Source of the DNA: a virus
IMG/VR virus record: IMGVR_UViG_3300045988_003125
Location: 1 to 18,147 of that record
Length of the DNA stretch: 18,147 bases
Direction: 5' to 3' (one strand)
Shown: piece after piece, positions 1 through 6,904 of the stretch
How positions within the stretch are numbered: position 1 is the stretch's first letter
How the letters are laid out: each line of letters opens with the position of its first letter
Translations under genes and position numbers: made by a program
The notes under the pieces: generated by a model
What the model saw: the letters and a program-made list of their open reading frames with translations, nothing else
The model's database searches: none
What the model was told of the DNA's origin: nothing

Positions 1-10
1 TTTTGTCTCG

Positions 11-55
11 TAATCTAAGCGCGTAGTTTTGTCCATAATTTAAGCGCGTAGATTT
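11..55. repeat. Two 20-bp direct repeats inside the ITR, 25-bp phase
   Basis: TAATCTAAGCGCGTAGTTTT (11-30) and TAATTTAAGCGCGTAGATTT (36-55) are 18/20 identical, with core TAAGCGCGTAG at 16-26 and 41-51. Mirrored in the right ITR at 18118-18137 and 18093-18112. Confidence 0.9.
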
Positions 56-95
56 CTCGTTGTTTTTTGTTGTTCGGCGTGTTGTGTTTGTGGTG

Positions 96-104
96 TGCTA
101 TTAT
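96..104 (+). promoter_or_regulatory. Candidate extended -10 promoter inside the left ITR
   Basis: TGCTATTAT fits the TGnTATAAT-type extended -10. There is no convincing -35. It lies about 42 nt upstream of ATG 146 and faces inward. Confidence 0.5.
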
Positions 105-145
105 GTAACTATCAGCTAAAGGATATAGGAAGGATAGTGGCTGAG

Positions 146-406
146 ATGTGGTGTTTTACTGTTACGTCTGATGATTTTGTTGTGTTTGAGCTTACGCCTG
201 AGTATGTGCAGAAATATGGCCCGTATCCGGCGGATACGTTCAAGAAGGCATTAGATGGCGTGCTTGATGTTGTACGTAGTGCGTTTCTCGGGTTTGATGT
301 GTATGTTGGTTTTGCTCATTCCTCGTTTGACCCAGAAACGGGGTTTTTGAATGGTATTGTCAAGGTGTGTTTGCCGTTTGAGGGGGTGTTTGATGATGGT
401 GAGTGA
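146..406 (+). CDS. Hypothetical early protein (86 aa)
   Basis: The ORF track gives 95-406, but its GTG start at 95 lies inside the ITR promoter. AGGAAGGA (127-134) is followed by ATG 146. The stop at 404-406 overlaps the next gene. Confidence 0.6.
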   Translation: MWCFTVTSDDFVVFELTPEYVQKYGPYPADTFKKALDGVLDVVRSAFLGFDVYVGFAHSSFDPETGFLNGIVKVCLPFEGVFDDGE

Positions 407-659
407 TGAGGTTGTTGCCGTGTTTCCGTCTAAGTTTAAGGACGGTGAAGTACGGGTGGTGTATTGTCCTCATAATCGGATATATGAACTACGATATGCG
501 GCGCTGTCGCGCTCTCAGGCTGGCGGCAGGCGTCGTTTGGTTTGGTCGACTGTGGCGTTTGATGCGTGCGATTATGCGCAGGTGGCTCATATGCTGGTTG
601 ATGCGATGGCGTTTGCTGATACGTCGTTGGTAGAGAGAGGTGTTGATTATGAAGAGTAA
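393..659 (+). CDS. Hypothetical early protein (88 aa)
   Basis: GAGGGGG (380-386) lies 6 nt upstream of ATG 393. The gene overlaps the previous stop, which fits operon-style coupling. Confidence 0.55.
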   Translation: MMVSDEVVAVFPSKFKDGEVRVVYCPHNRIYELRYAALSRSQAGGRRRLVWSTVAFDACDYAQVAHMLVDAMAFADTSLVERGVDYEE

Positions 660-1158
660 TGATGACCGCACGAATTGGTTTGATGACGGTATTTTGGATG
701 ATGACCGTGTGCGCCGTGTCATTCGTGGCCGTCGGCGTAACCTGCATTTGCGTGAGTATAATAAAGGTGATGGCGATTGGGAGACATTGTGTCGTAGTAT
801 AGCACTACTCAAGGACTTTTATAAACCCCAAGGCGGTCAAGTGGCGTTTGCCGACAGCATCGAACACGCGGCGAACATTTGTCTAACCATTTCGCCTCAT
901 TCATCAACGTACGCCGCATTATCACGAACGCAGGACATTGAAATGTTGTCCGGGCTTATTTATTGTCCGGCGATGGTGGCGTGGTGCGCGGTCTGTCATG
1001 TCAAGGGCGCGACCTCCTATGAGATGTGCCGGGTTTGGGAGGATGATGAGTTCGCCCAGACTATCATCAAAATTGCGTGTCTCTGTTTTGACAATCTGAC
1101 TGACGCGCGGTATACTGATGAAGACATTGCAAGAATGTCACAGCAGCAGCAACACTAA
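649..1158 (+). CDS. Hypothetical early protein (169 aa)
   Basis: GAGAGAGG (633-640) lies 8 nt upstream of ATG 649. The gene overlaps the previous stop (657-659). No motif recognised. Confidence 0.65.
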   Translation: MKSNDDRTNWFDDGILDDDRVRRVIRGRRRNLHLREYNKGDGDWETLCRSIALLKDFYKPQGGQVAFADSIEHAANICLTISPHSSTYAALSRTQDIEMLSGLIYCPAMVAWCAVCHVKGATSYEMCRVWEDDEFAQTIIKIACLCFDNLTDARYTDEDIARMSQQQQH

Positions 1159-1171
1159 GAAGAAAGGCGGT

Positions 1172-1489
1172 ATGATTATGGCATACATTAAGCGAGCCAA
1201 GCACTATAGTATTGTGCGCGGTGTTACGCGCAGCGAAAACGGGGAACTCGTGGACGCTGAGGTGGTCGTGGACGGCGCGTGTCGCACGGCTGACATGGCA
1301 ATGAAAAAAGCTCGCAAGATTAATAAGGACATGCTACCCATGTCCGCTGAATATCATGCGCAGGTAACGCGCATGGATGAGGCAATCTATTGGGCTAATT
1401 GTGAATTTGGAGATGATACCATCATCGACTATCCGGGGTTGGTGAGCGGCAACGTGGTTGAAGATGATATTATCTCCGAGGAAAAATAA
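1172..1489 (+). CDS. Hypothetical small protein (105 aa)
   Basis: GAAAGG (1162-1167) is followed by ATG 1172, with an alternative ATG at 1178. The product is a charged small protein. Confidence 0.65.
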   Translation: MIMAYIKRAKHYSIVRGVTRSENGELVDAEVVVDGACRTADMAMKKARKINKDMLPMSAEYHAQVTRMDEAIYWANCEFGDDTIIDYPGLVSGNVVEDDIISEEK

Positions 1490-1520
1490 TTATTAACCCC
1501 TATAAGGAAAGGCAACACTA

Positions 1521-1958
1521 ATGGCTGATAACGAACTGACCGTAACGAACGGCAACAATTTTGCGGCGAACGGCGCTAACGCCGTGTCCCATTTCTTCGA
1601 TACCACCACTATGGACGGTAAAATGGCGCTGTACAACGCCATGCAGACCGTCGATAAAGTAGATGAACATCTTAATGAACCACTGCATGTTACTAATGTA
1701 CTGGCGCAGGCCATCGAGGTAGCCAATCAGGAAACGGGCGAAATCGATTCTTCTATCCGCGTTGTCATTCACTCGGAAGAAGGCGACTTCGCCGCCGCCT
1801 CCCCCACGTTGGCGCACGCTTTTGGTAATCTGTTCGCCATTTTCGGCACGCCGGACAAGTGGGCCGCGCCGCTCGTTCTCAAGATTGTGGAGAAGAAGAG
1901 CCGCCGTGGCTATAAGTTTTTTGATATCGAATTGGTGTCGGAAAAGGGTCGCAAGTAA
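1521..1958 (+). CDS. Putative phage ssDNA-binding protein (145 aa); function tentative
   Basis: AAGGAAAGG lies upstream of ATG 1521. The sequence pattern (N-terminal NELT, central ETGE..IRVV, C-terminal FG.P.KW..PL) recalls, from memory only, the phage-specific SSB family of lactococcal and streptococcal phages. Its position just upstream of the TP and DNAP genes fits a replication module. Confidence 0.55.
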   Translation: MADNELTVTNGNNFAANGANAVSHFFDTTTMDGKMALYNAMQTVDKVDEHLNEPLHVTNVLAQAIEVANQETGEIDSSIRVVIHSEEGDFAAASPTLAHAFGNLFAIFGTPDKWAAPLVLKIVEKKSRRGYKFFDIELVSEKGRK

Positions 1959-2022
1959 ACTACTTGTCCACATCATATGATAGTATAGTAACGTCCCTAT
2001 AGGGATGTTGCCGCCAAACTCC

Positions 2023-2054
2023 CCCCCCGCCGTTTCCATCCTTGCGGCGGGGGG
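2023..2054 (+). terminator. GC-rich stem-loop between the SSB-like and TP genes (attenuator or terminator candidate)
   Basis: CCCCCCGCCG (2023-2032) pairs with CGGCGGGGGG (2045-2054): a 10-bp stem with a 12-nt loop. Only a weak T run (TGTTT) follows. Confidence 0.4.
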
Positions 2055-2079
2055 TGTTTCATACTTGCGAGGGGGGGTT

Positions 2080-3024
2080 ATGGCGAAACGTAACAACAAC
2101 CGGCGCGCCAACAATCTGAAACGCAACGCCGCTATCAGGTCGGCACAGGTGCGCCGAGAGCAAGCGGTCAGGGACTATAGCACCGGACATCTCCCCAAGC
2201 AAATCACCGAAACGTTTCTGGGAAAACTCAGCGCCCAACAGCTCGAACAGGTCACACGCAGAATCGGACGGGAATTCGGGGAACAACAGCAAGCCTTGAG
2301 AGCCCGAGATAACGAGCCGTATCAGGTTACCCCAGACGTGCATGTCACGAAACTTGACCGTGAGTTGGCGGCGCGTCCGCTGATTACCGACGCGGAAATC
2401 GCCGCCGCCCCGTCAAAACGTCGGAAAACATTACGACAGCAACAGCGCCGCCGGATCGAGGCGCGGCAGAAAATCAAGCGCGCCCAACAATTCGAGGCGT
2501 TGAGCATGGCCCGCTACACCGTGGCCGAAATGCGTGAGATGGAACGCGCGGGAGAATCGCCGTTTGATGTGTTGGGCACTCACACGGTCGGCGGTTCGGC
2601 GCGCGACGAACTCACGCGCAACCGTGCTAACGTGTTTGGTACGGAGCGTGGCATAAGCCACGCGCGTATGATGATACGAGAAGGGAGCAGGCGGAGACTT
2701 GAACGAGAGATACTCGAATACGCCGGGCTTATAGGCCGAGCGCCATTGCATGCAGGTACTGGAAAAATTCCCGAGAACGAGGGGGTTGCGGATTTTGGCA
2801 GGGTCGCACAGCAGCTCGAAGCATTCGACTCCAATATCGCACAAAAATTCGCGTCTTTATCGAACCGTCAAAAACGATGGCTGATAAACAACACGAATTT
2901 CAGCATCGCGGTACGAGAAGCCGCATGGTATAATGATAAGACACATAAATGGGAAACAAAAGCGGATGCGGGCGATGTGGAGACACGACTTGATGAATGG
3001 ATGACCAGCGCGACACGACACTAA
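2080..3024 (+). CDS. Putative terminal protein (314 aa)
   Basis: A G7 Shine-Dalgarno run (2071-2077) precedes ATG 2080. The N-terminus is very basic (MAKRNNNRRANNLKRN) and a second RRK-rich block follows. The gene lies immediately upstream of the protein-primed DNA polymerase, as phi29 gene 3 does. The assignment rests on position and composition, not recognised homology. Confidence 0.55.
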   Translation: MAKRNNNRRANNLKRNAAIRSAQVRREQAVRDYSTGHLPKQITETFLGKLSAQQLEQVTRRIGREFGEQQQALRARDNEPYQVTPDVHVTKLDRELAARPLITDAEIAAAPSKRRKTLRQQQRRRIEARQKIKRAQQFEALSMARYTVAEMREMERAGESPFDVLGTHTVGGSARDELTRNRANVFGTERGISHARMMIREGSRRRLEREILEYAGLIGRAPLHAGTGKIPENEGVADFGRVAQQLEAFDSNIAQKFASLSNRQKRWLINNTNFSIAVREAAWYNDKTHKWETKADAGDVETRLDEWMTSATRH

Positions 3025-3036
3025 AAGGATGGAATC

Positions 3037-4497
3037 ATGAGAGAGCGTCGAACGGCGGCAACAGACGGCGCAACACTATTGACGGATGACGGCCCGGAAC
3101 CATTGACGGCAACCGCTGCCATCCGTCTCACCATGCTCGATCATCATACGCGCGTATGGTGCGCCCACGGATGGCAGGACATCAAACCCATAGCCGCCGA
3201 GCTGTTGACACGACTGCCGTTGCAATCGAACCCAAGCAAGGACGGTGTATGGGGCACGTTCAACATTCGTGGACACTTCTACAGTTTCCGCGTGCGCATG
3301 GGCGATATCACCGTGGATTTCATGGACGTGCGCAATGTCACGCGCGACGATGGTCTGAATGTTTCACGCGAAACATTCGGAGGTGCGGACGATTTGGAAA
3401 CCACGTGGAACATCGCGCAGGAATGCGCCGCCCTGAATCTCAAGGGCACTACGATAGCATCCATGGCGATGACCGACTATATCGACGGGGATTACGCCGG
3501 ATTCAAACGCCATTTCCCACCATTGGACAAGAATGATTATCATCGGATGCGCCCCGCCTACTATGGGGCGATAGTACACAGCAAGCCGGGCGAATACCGG
3601 GATTGCCGGAGCTGGGACGTAAATAGCCTCTATCCGAGTATCATGCGCGATGCACCCATGCCGGTAGGCTCACCCATATGGTACGACGGCGAATATCGAC
3701 ATGACAATGACTATCCACTGCATATCGATATCATTGCGTTTGATGCAAGATTGAAAACGGGGAAAACGGCGACGCTCACCAACATTCTCCCTGTATGGGG
3801 GTATGAGGGCGAACGCTTGGATAGTACGTTAGGCGTCGTAACTATGCCCGTCACGGATGTGGATTGGGGAACGCTGACCGAAAACTATGACATCCATGTG
3901 TGGGAGCATGTCGGCGGCTGGAAATTCCGCAAATCGCACGGACTTTATTACAACTATGTCGATAAATGGTTTCACATGAAACAAACCGCAACCGGAGAGC
4001 GTCGGCAAATGGCGAAACTGTTGCTGAACTCACTGGTGGGAAAATTCGGGGCCTCGCTCTACCGGCCCATGCTGCACCCGAAACCATCGGCGGATGGGGG
4101 TGTGGATTTTACCGTGGACAAGCCCGAGTCGGCCAACAGTCTGGCGTGGCTGCCGACCGCCGCCTATGTCAACGCCTACGGGCGTCAAACACTATCCCGT
4201 GCGATGAACGCAAACGCCGACCGCGTACTCTACGCCGACACCGACGGCATGATATTGGAAGAGTTGGACGCGCCCGAAGGTATGGAAACGGATGACCGGA
4301 AGCTTGGGGCGTGGAAAAACGACCATACCTATGAGAGGCTACGCATTCTTGGGAATCGCAAATATTGCGGCGTGGAAACGAATGGTGACACGGTAATGCG
4401 TTTGAGTGGCGTGCATCGTGCCGCTCCCATCCCCTATGATGAGTTTTTGCCGGGGTCACGTCATCTCAATGATGACGGCCATGTTTTTGTGCTATGA
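3037..4497 (+). CDS. Protein-primed family-B DNA polymerase (phi29 gp2-like), 486 aa
   Basis: Motifs found: pre-motif AYYGAIV; motif A DVNSLYPS (3616-3639); DYPLHI; motif B KLLLNSLVGKFG (4015-4050); Tx2GR-like PTAAYVNAYGRQ; motif C YADTDG (4231-4248); KxY-like NRKYCG preceded by KLGAWKNDHTYERL. The insertions between motifs A-B and B-C are consistent with TPR1 and TPR2. Confidence 0.95.
   Translation: MRERRTAATDGATLLTDDGPEPLTATAAIRLTMLDHHTRVWCAHGWQDIKPIAAELLTRLPLQSNPSKDGVWGTFNIRGHFYSFRVRMGDITVDFMDVRNVTRDDGLNVSRETFGGADDLETTWNIAQECAALNLKGTTIASMAMTDYIDGDYAGFKRHFPPLDKNDYHRMRPAYYGAIVHSKPGEYRDCRSWDVNSLYPSIMRDAPMPVGSPIWYDGEYRHDNDYPLHIDIIAFDARLKTGKTATLTNILPVWGYEGERLDSTLGVVTMPVTDVDWGTLTENYDIHVWEHVGGWKFRKSHGLYYNYVDKWFHMKQTATGERRQMAKLLLNSLVGKFGASLYRPMLHPKPSADGGVDFTVDKPESANSLAWLPTAAYVNAYGRQTLSRAMNANADRVLYADTDGMILEELDAPEGMETDDRKLGAWKNDHTYERLRILGNRKYCGVETNGDTVMRLSGVHRAAPIPYDEFLPGSRHLNDDGHVFVL
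3360..3375. promoter_or_regulatory. parS-like ParB binding site (15/16) inside the polymerase gene
   Basis: TGTTTCACGCGAAACA compared with consensus TGTTNCACGTGAAACA. Confidence 0.55.
3968..3983. promoter_or_regulatory. parS-like site (14/16) inside the polymerase gene
   Basis: GGTTTCACATGAAACA. Both GTTTCA/TGAAAC arms are intact; the mismatches are at position 1 and at the centre. Confidence 0.45.
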
Positions 4498-4509
4498 TAA
4501 TTGGTAGCG

Positions 4510-4630
4510 GGGTGTGCGTCCCAAGTCGATTCGATGGCCCGACCGTGAGGCAAATCGGTAAGGCGATTCGGTCGGAAGTAGACGTGCGCGCCAGCCAGCG
4601 CCCAGCGACGGCAAGGGAACCCGCACAGCC
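4510..4630 (+). other. GC-rich structured non-coding spacer (nested inverted repeats); candidate RNA element
   Basis: Closing helix 4510-4518 / 4622-4630 (8 of 9 bp). Inner helix CCGACCG 4539-4545 / CGGTCGG 4569-4575, which encloses AATCG 4553-4557 / CGATT 4564-4568. No credible ORF or ribosome-binding site on either strand. Confidence 0.4.
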
Positions 4631-4639
4631 TAGCAAACC

Positions 4640-4667
4640 GGCATGACGGCGTGATTGCCGTCATGCC
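4640..4667 (+). terminator. Stem-loop downstream of the polymerase gene
   Basis: GGCATGACGGC (4640-4650) pairs with GCCGTCATGCC (4657-4667): an 11-bp perfect stem with loop GTGATT. The following U tract is poor (CACTTACTTT). Confidence 0.5.
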
Positions 4668-4687
4668 ACTTACTTTAAGAGGTGATT

Positions 4688-5029
4688 ATGGACGATACCG
4701 AAAACGATGACAAGCCGGACATCACGCCCGACGCCGAACCGGACGCGACCGCCGACGACAATACGCCGAACCCGGAACCCGAGACGCAGGGCGACAGCGA
4801 ACCCGAAGACGCAGGCGATGACAAGACCGCCGACATGTCCGACCGTCTCAGCGCTTTGGAAGCGACCGTGGCGGAATTGTCTAAAACCATTGAGGCGATG
4901 CGCGACGCGGCAGCCGACCATGTGCTCAACGACGGCCCGGATGATGACGCGACGCCGGAATCGGCTGAAATGACCGACGATGACTACAACGGCACTTACA
5001 GTACATTCGATGATTTATTTGAAGACTAA
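4688..5029 (+). CDS. Highly acidic protein, putative scaffolding protein (113 aa)
   Basis: AAGAGGTGA lies upstream of ATG 4688. The protein is Asp/Glu/Pro-rich with a central helical segment (LSALEATVAELSKTIEAMRDAAA). It sits directly upstream of the capsid gene, as phi29 gp7 does. Confidence 0.55.
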   Translation: MDDTENDDKPDITPDAEPDATADDNTPNPEPETQGDSEPEDAGDDKTADMSDRLSALEATVAELSKTIEAMRDAAADHVLNDGPDDDATPESAEMTDDDYNGTYSTFDDLFED

Positions 5030-5051
5030 TGATTAGGAAGGAATGATTATC

Positions 5052-6779
5052 ATGGCAACCACTCCAGTGGTGACGCCGAAGCAGCAGCTTCGCCCGCTCA
5101 CCGAATTCAACAACGCGCAGATTCTCAATATGATTCGCAACGAGGCATCACCCGAATATCAGCGGCGCATGCCCCCGGCCACCCAAATGAACATGGATAG
5201 GCAGATGGCCACCCTCATGTCATCCACTCAGCTGAAGAACGAGTTTTACTCGGCGTTGGTGAACCGTATCGGCGGCACCTACGTGAACACGTGGCGTTGG
5301 AACAACCCGCTGAGCGTGTTCCAGCGTGCATCTCAGGCGTATGGCGACACGTGGCAGGAAATCGCCGTGGGCATGCCGCTCGCACAGGTCTATGACCCTG
5401 ATGCGGAATACTTGGGCGCGGACAACTTCCGTAAGTGGAAAATCGACGTGGATAGCCTCTATCATCGGCTGGACTTTGCTCACTTCTATCCCGCCACCAC
5501 GGAAGACAAGACGCTCCAGCGTGCCTTCACGTCCGAAAACGGTTTGGCGTCTCTCACTTCCCAGATACTCACCTCCTGCTACAATGCCGCTGAGGTTGAC
5601 TTGTTCGAGGCCATGTGCCACCAGTTCGTTGAGTATGCAAAGCTTGGCGGATATTGGCGCGTACACATGGACAATGATCTGAACAACATGGGCAGTTCGG
5701 AAACCGCCGCCCGCGACATGCTGCGCCAGATTCGCGCATGGGCCGACACCCTGAAGTTTGTCAGCACCCGATACAATGCGCGTCACATGCCGACGTTTGC
5801 CCGCCCGGATGAACTCGTGTTGTTCTGTTCGCCCGAAGTCAAGTCCGCGCTTGATGTTCAGGGTTTGGCGACCGTATTTCAGCGTACGGACGCGGAACCG
5901 ACCATTGACCGGATTATCGTCATCCCGCAGGACAGGTTTGGCATGGATGGCGTGCAAGCCATTCTCTCCACTGACAAGCTCCTTATTGACATCCCCGTTA
6001 TCAGTGAGATGACCCAGCAGACGAATCCGGTGAACATCAATTCGGTCAACCATTATCTACATATCCAGCACATCATCTCGGTGAGTGGTTTCGCCCCCGC
6101 CATCATGTTCTGGACAGGTAAGGGGTCCACCGCCAACGTGGTGACGCCTACCGGCACGACGGCCAAGACGCCGACCTTCCAACTCAAGCTTGCCATGTAC
6201 GGCGGCGGCACGGAAACCCCGGATAGCGTGTCTCGTGGTAGCGCGGTGCAGATTACCGCCGATACGACCATTGCCAACGATGGTACGGCCACGTTCCGGT
6301 CGAATGCTGTCGAGTATCGCATTGGTGATACCGTCAAACCGAAGAGCGATTATACGTATATTTCGCCTACCGGCGTGCTGGTGGTCGGTCTTGATGAGCC
6401 GAACACCGCTATTCCGGTTACGGCTACCGCCCTGTATACCAATCCGGCGACGCCGGAGGTGCCGGGCACCGTGTCCGCAGCTTTGGACGTGCCGGTGGTC
6501 GGTGATGGTGTTATCGGATTCAATCCGTCCATCATCGCGTCGATTGCCGTCAATGCCTCGGGTGTGACCGTGGGTCATACGGCACAGGCGACCGCTACGG
6601 CGACCATGATTGACGGCCGAACCGCTGATGTGACCGCGCAAGCCGCATGGACATCCGGCACCCCGGCCAACGCCACCGTATCCGAGTCGGGTGTTATCAC
6701 GGGCGTCAAGGCGGGCACGTCCGACATCACCGCCACGCTGTTCGGCGTGTCCGGTAAGAAGCAGGTGACAGTATCCTAG
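5052..6779 (+). CDS. Major capsid protein with C-terminal Ig-like (Big_2-type) domains
   Basis: AGGAAGGA (5035-5042) lies 9 nt upstream of ATG 5052; the ATG at 5043 abuts the Shine-Dalgarno sequence. This is the largest head-module ORF and follows the scaffold-like gene. The C-terminal region (about 6541-6776) has a Big_2-like signature (SGVITGVKAGTSDITATLFGVSGKKQVTVS), and phi29 gp8 carries such a domain. A second Ig-like stretch lies upstream (about 6190-6430). Confidence 0.85.
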   Translation: MATTPVVTPKQQLRPLTEFNNAQILNMIRNEASPEYQRRMPPATQMNMDRQMATLMSSTQLKNEFYSALVNRIGGTYVNTWRWNNPLSVFQRASQAYGDTWQEIAVGMPLAQVYDPDAEYLGADNFRKWKIDVDSLYHRLDFAHFYPATTEDKTLQRAFTSENGLASLTSQILTSCYNAAEVDLFEAMCHQFVEYAKLGGYWRVHMDNDLNNMGSSETAARDMLRQIRAWADTLKFVSTRYNARHMPTFARPDELVLFCSPEVKSALDVQGLATVFQRTDAEPTIDRIIVIPQDRFGMDGVQAILSTDKLLIDIPVISEMTQQTNPVNINSVNHYLHIQHIISVSGFAPAIMFWTGKGSTANVVTPTGTTAKTPTFQLKLAMYGGGTETPDSVSRGSAVQITADTTIANDGTATFRSNAVEYRIGDTVKPKSDYTYISPTGVLVVGLDEPNTAIPVTATALYTNPATPEVPGTVSAALDVPVVGDGVIGFNPSIIASIAVNASGVTVGHTAQATATATMIDGRTADVTAQAAWTSGTPANATVSESGVITGVKAGTSDITATLFGVSGKKQVTVS

Positions 6780-6788
6780 TGATACCAT

Positions 6789-6816
6789 GAGAGGGTAGCC
6801 GGTTGGCTACCCTCTC
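6789..6816 (+). terminator. Stem-loop 1 after the capsid gene
   Basis: GAGAGGGTAGCC (6789-6800) pairs with GGCTACCCTCTC (6805-6816): a 12-bp perfect stem with loop GGTT. No T tract follows. Confidence 0.55.
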
Positions 6817-6831
6817 TCACGGCGAATGCAG

Positions 6832-6876
6832 GACAAGGCCCGGAGCGCAAGCCACGTGAGCGCTCCGGGCCTTGTC
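6832..6876 (+). terminator. Stem-loop 2 after the capsid gene (17-bp stem)
   Basis: GACAAGGCCCGGAGCGC (6832-6848) pairs with GCGCTCCGGGCCTTGTC (6860-6876), with an 11-nt loop. No T tract follows. Confidence 0.55.
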
Positions 6877-6904
6877 ATACCGGAGGTTGGATGATGATTG
6901 ATGA

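Larger units (their letters stand above)
1..119. repeat. Left inverted terminal repeat (ITR), 119 bp
   Basis: Bases 1-119 are the exact reverse complement of 18029-18147, checked base by base. The window starts TTTTG and ends CAAAA. Confidence 0.97.

Noticed and set aside
95-145. GTG start at 95 for the first ORF
   Set aside because: It lies inside the ITR and overlaps the predicted -10. The mirrored right-end gene shows that the conserved ribosome-binding-site and ATG arrangement corresponds to ATG 146.
1518-2126. A 202-aa - strand ORF overlapping the SSB-like gene, and similar antisense or alternative-frame ORFs (e.g. 7949-8551, 12796-13200, 17050-17472, 403-633, 3156-3536)
   Set aside because: They overlap better-supported + strand genes, lack start context, and have low-complexity or biased translations.
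3397-3412. A possible fifth parS, GAAACCACGTGGAACA, 22 nt downstream of the 3360 site
   Set aside because: Only 11/16 positions match. The left arm is absent, so it is a half-site at best.
4461-4664. A 67-aa - strand ORF in the spacer between the polymerase and scaffold genes
   Set aside because: There is no ribosome-binding site, it overlaps the polymerase 3' end, and its composition reflects GC-rich structured DNA. The region is better explained as non-coding.
5220-6788. Long - strand ORFs (5220-6053, 277 aa; 6057-6788, 243 aa) antisense to the capsid gene
   Set aside because: They fully overlap a well-supported + strand gene and have no ribosome-binding site. Their Arg/Gly/His-rich translations are typical of open antisense frames in GC-rich coding DNA.
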